From contig CACJSU010000001.1 of the NCBI GenBank assembly GCA_902596165.1, positions 65,718 to 129,717 on the forward strand: a DNA stretch of 64,000 nucleotides, in the 5' to 3' direction. The notes beneath the pieces are model-generated. The model was not told the DNA's origin. It saw only the letters and a list, made by a program, of their open reading frames with translations, and did no database searches. Below, piece by piece: positions 63,925-64,000 of the stretch (position 1 is its first letter; the number at the start of each line of letters is the position of its first letter). The stretch comes from an uncultured SAR86 cluster bacterium (GTDB taxonomy: Bacteria > Pseudomonadota > Gammaproteobacteria > Magnimaribacterales > D2472). The position numbers were made by a program, and so were the translations under genes.

Positions 63925-63942
63925 CTCATTCATAATGTGATC

Positions 63943-63967
63943 GGGGAGCCTAGGCTCCCCTTTTTTT
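63943..63967 (+). terminator. intrinsic terminator after ibpA
   Basis: GGGGAGCC (63943-63950), TA, GGCTCCCC (63953-63960), T7 (63961-63967). Confidence 0.8.
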
Positions 63968-64000
63968 ATTACAATGGTTTAACATGAGCATCATGAAAAA

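Noticed and set aside
1-64000. A search for CRISPR arrays, transposases, integrases, phage genes, rRNA operons and long direct repeats.
   Set aside because: None was seen. No spaced identical repeats were found, no recombinase-like ORFs appear in the track, and every ORF over 100 aa outside gene shadows has a housekeeping or transport assignment.

Overview
The window is a visibly AT-rich, very gene-dense chromosomal segment from a marine gammaproteobacterium. Its content (proteorhodopsin, three roughly 1000-aa TonB-dependent receptors, 1-4 nt gene overlaps, almost no intergenic DNA) fits a streamlined SAR86-like lineage, but that assignment is inference only. I support about 68 protein-coding genes and 5 tRNA genes: His-GUG, Arg-UCU, Pro-UGG, Asp-GUC and Val-UAC. 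I see no rRNA, CRISPR array, transposase, integrase or phage genes.

The backbone is housekeeping, and several blocks match the gene order I recall from E. coli and Pseudomonas:
- tRNA-His-tig-clpP-clpX-lon-hupB-ppiD
- rnhA-dnaQ-gltX
- folD-fabY-like-folE
- htpG-gpsA
- hda-pgsA-like-DUF2066, divergent from purM-purN-DUF3108
- dnaX-recR-dcd
- xseA, sppA, wrbA, ibpA

The nutrient-uptake content is:
- A LysR gene divergent from a TonB-dependent receptor, followed by an alpha/beta-hydrolase-like gene, a DASS symporter, ggt and an EthD-like gene.
- Two tandem TonB-dependent receptors directly upstream of oppABC, which has no ATPase genes beside it.

Observations most worth a second look:
1. An A10 run in dnaX with stop codons 2-4 codons away in both alternative frames, a candidate gamma/tau switch.
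2. A 42-codon relic of gloB exactly where gloB sits in E. coli synteny.
3. A near-consensus sigma70 promoter buried in a 37-bp palindrome, followed by an 88-nt perfect-arm inverted repeat that leads into a membrane-XRE-membrane cassette.
4. A blue-tuned (Gln at the tuning position) single-gene proteorhodopsin locus bracketed by two tRNA genes.
5. Sigma32-type promoters at htpG and ibpA, the latter with a three-hairpin ROSE-like leader.
6. An unlisted DUF2256 zinc-ribbon mini-ORF.
7. An alpha/beta hydrolase whose nucleophile elbow reads G-H-G-A-G.
8. Strong terminator hairpins that leave no room for a promoter before the next gene.

I did not find a clearly new multi-gene system. All product calls come from motifs recognised by eye; no database search was run.
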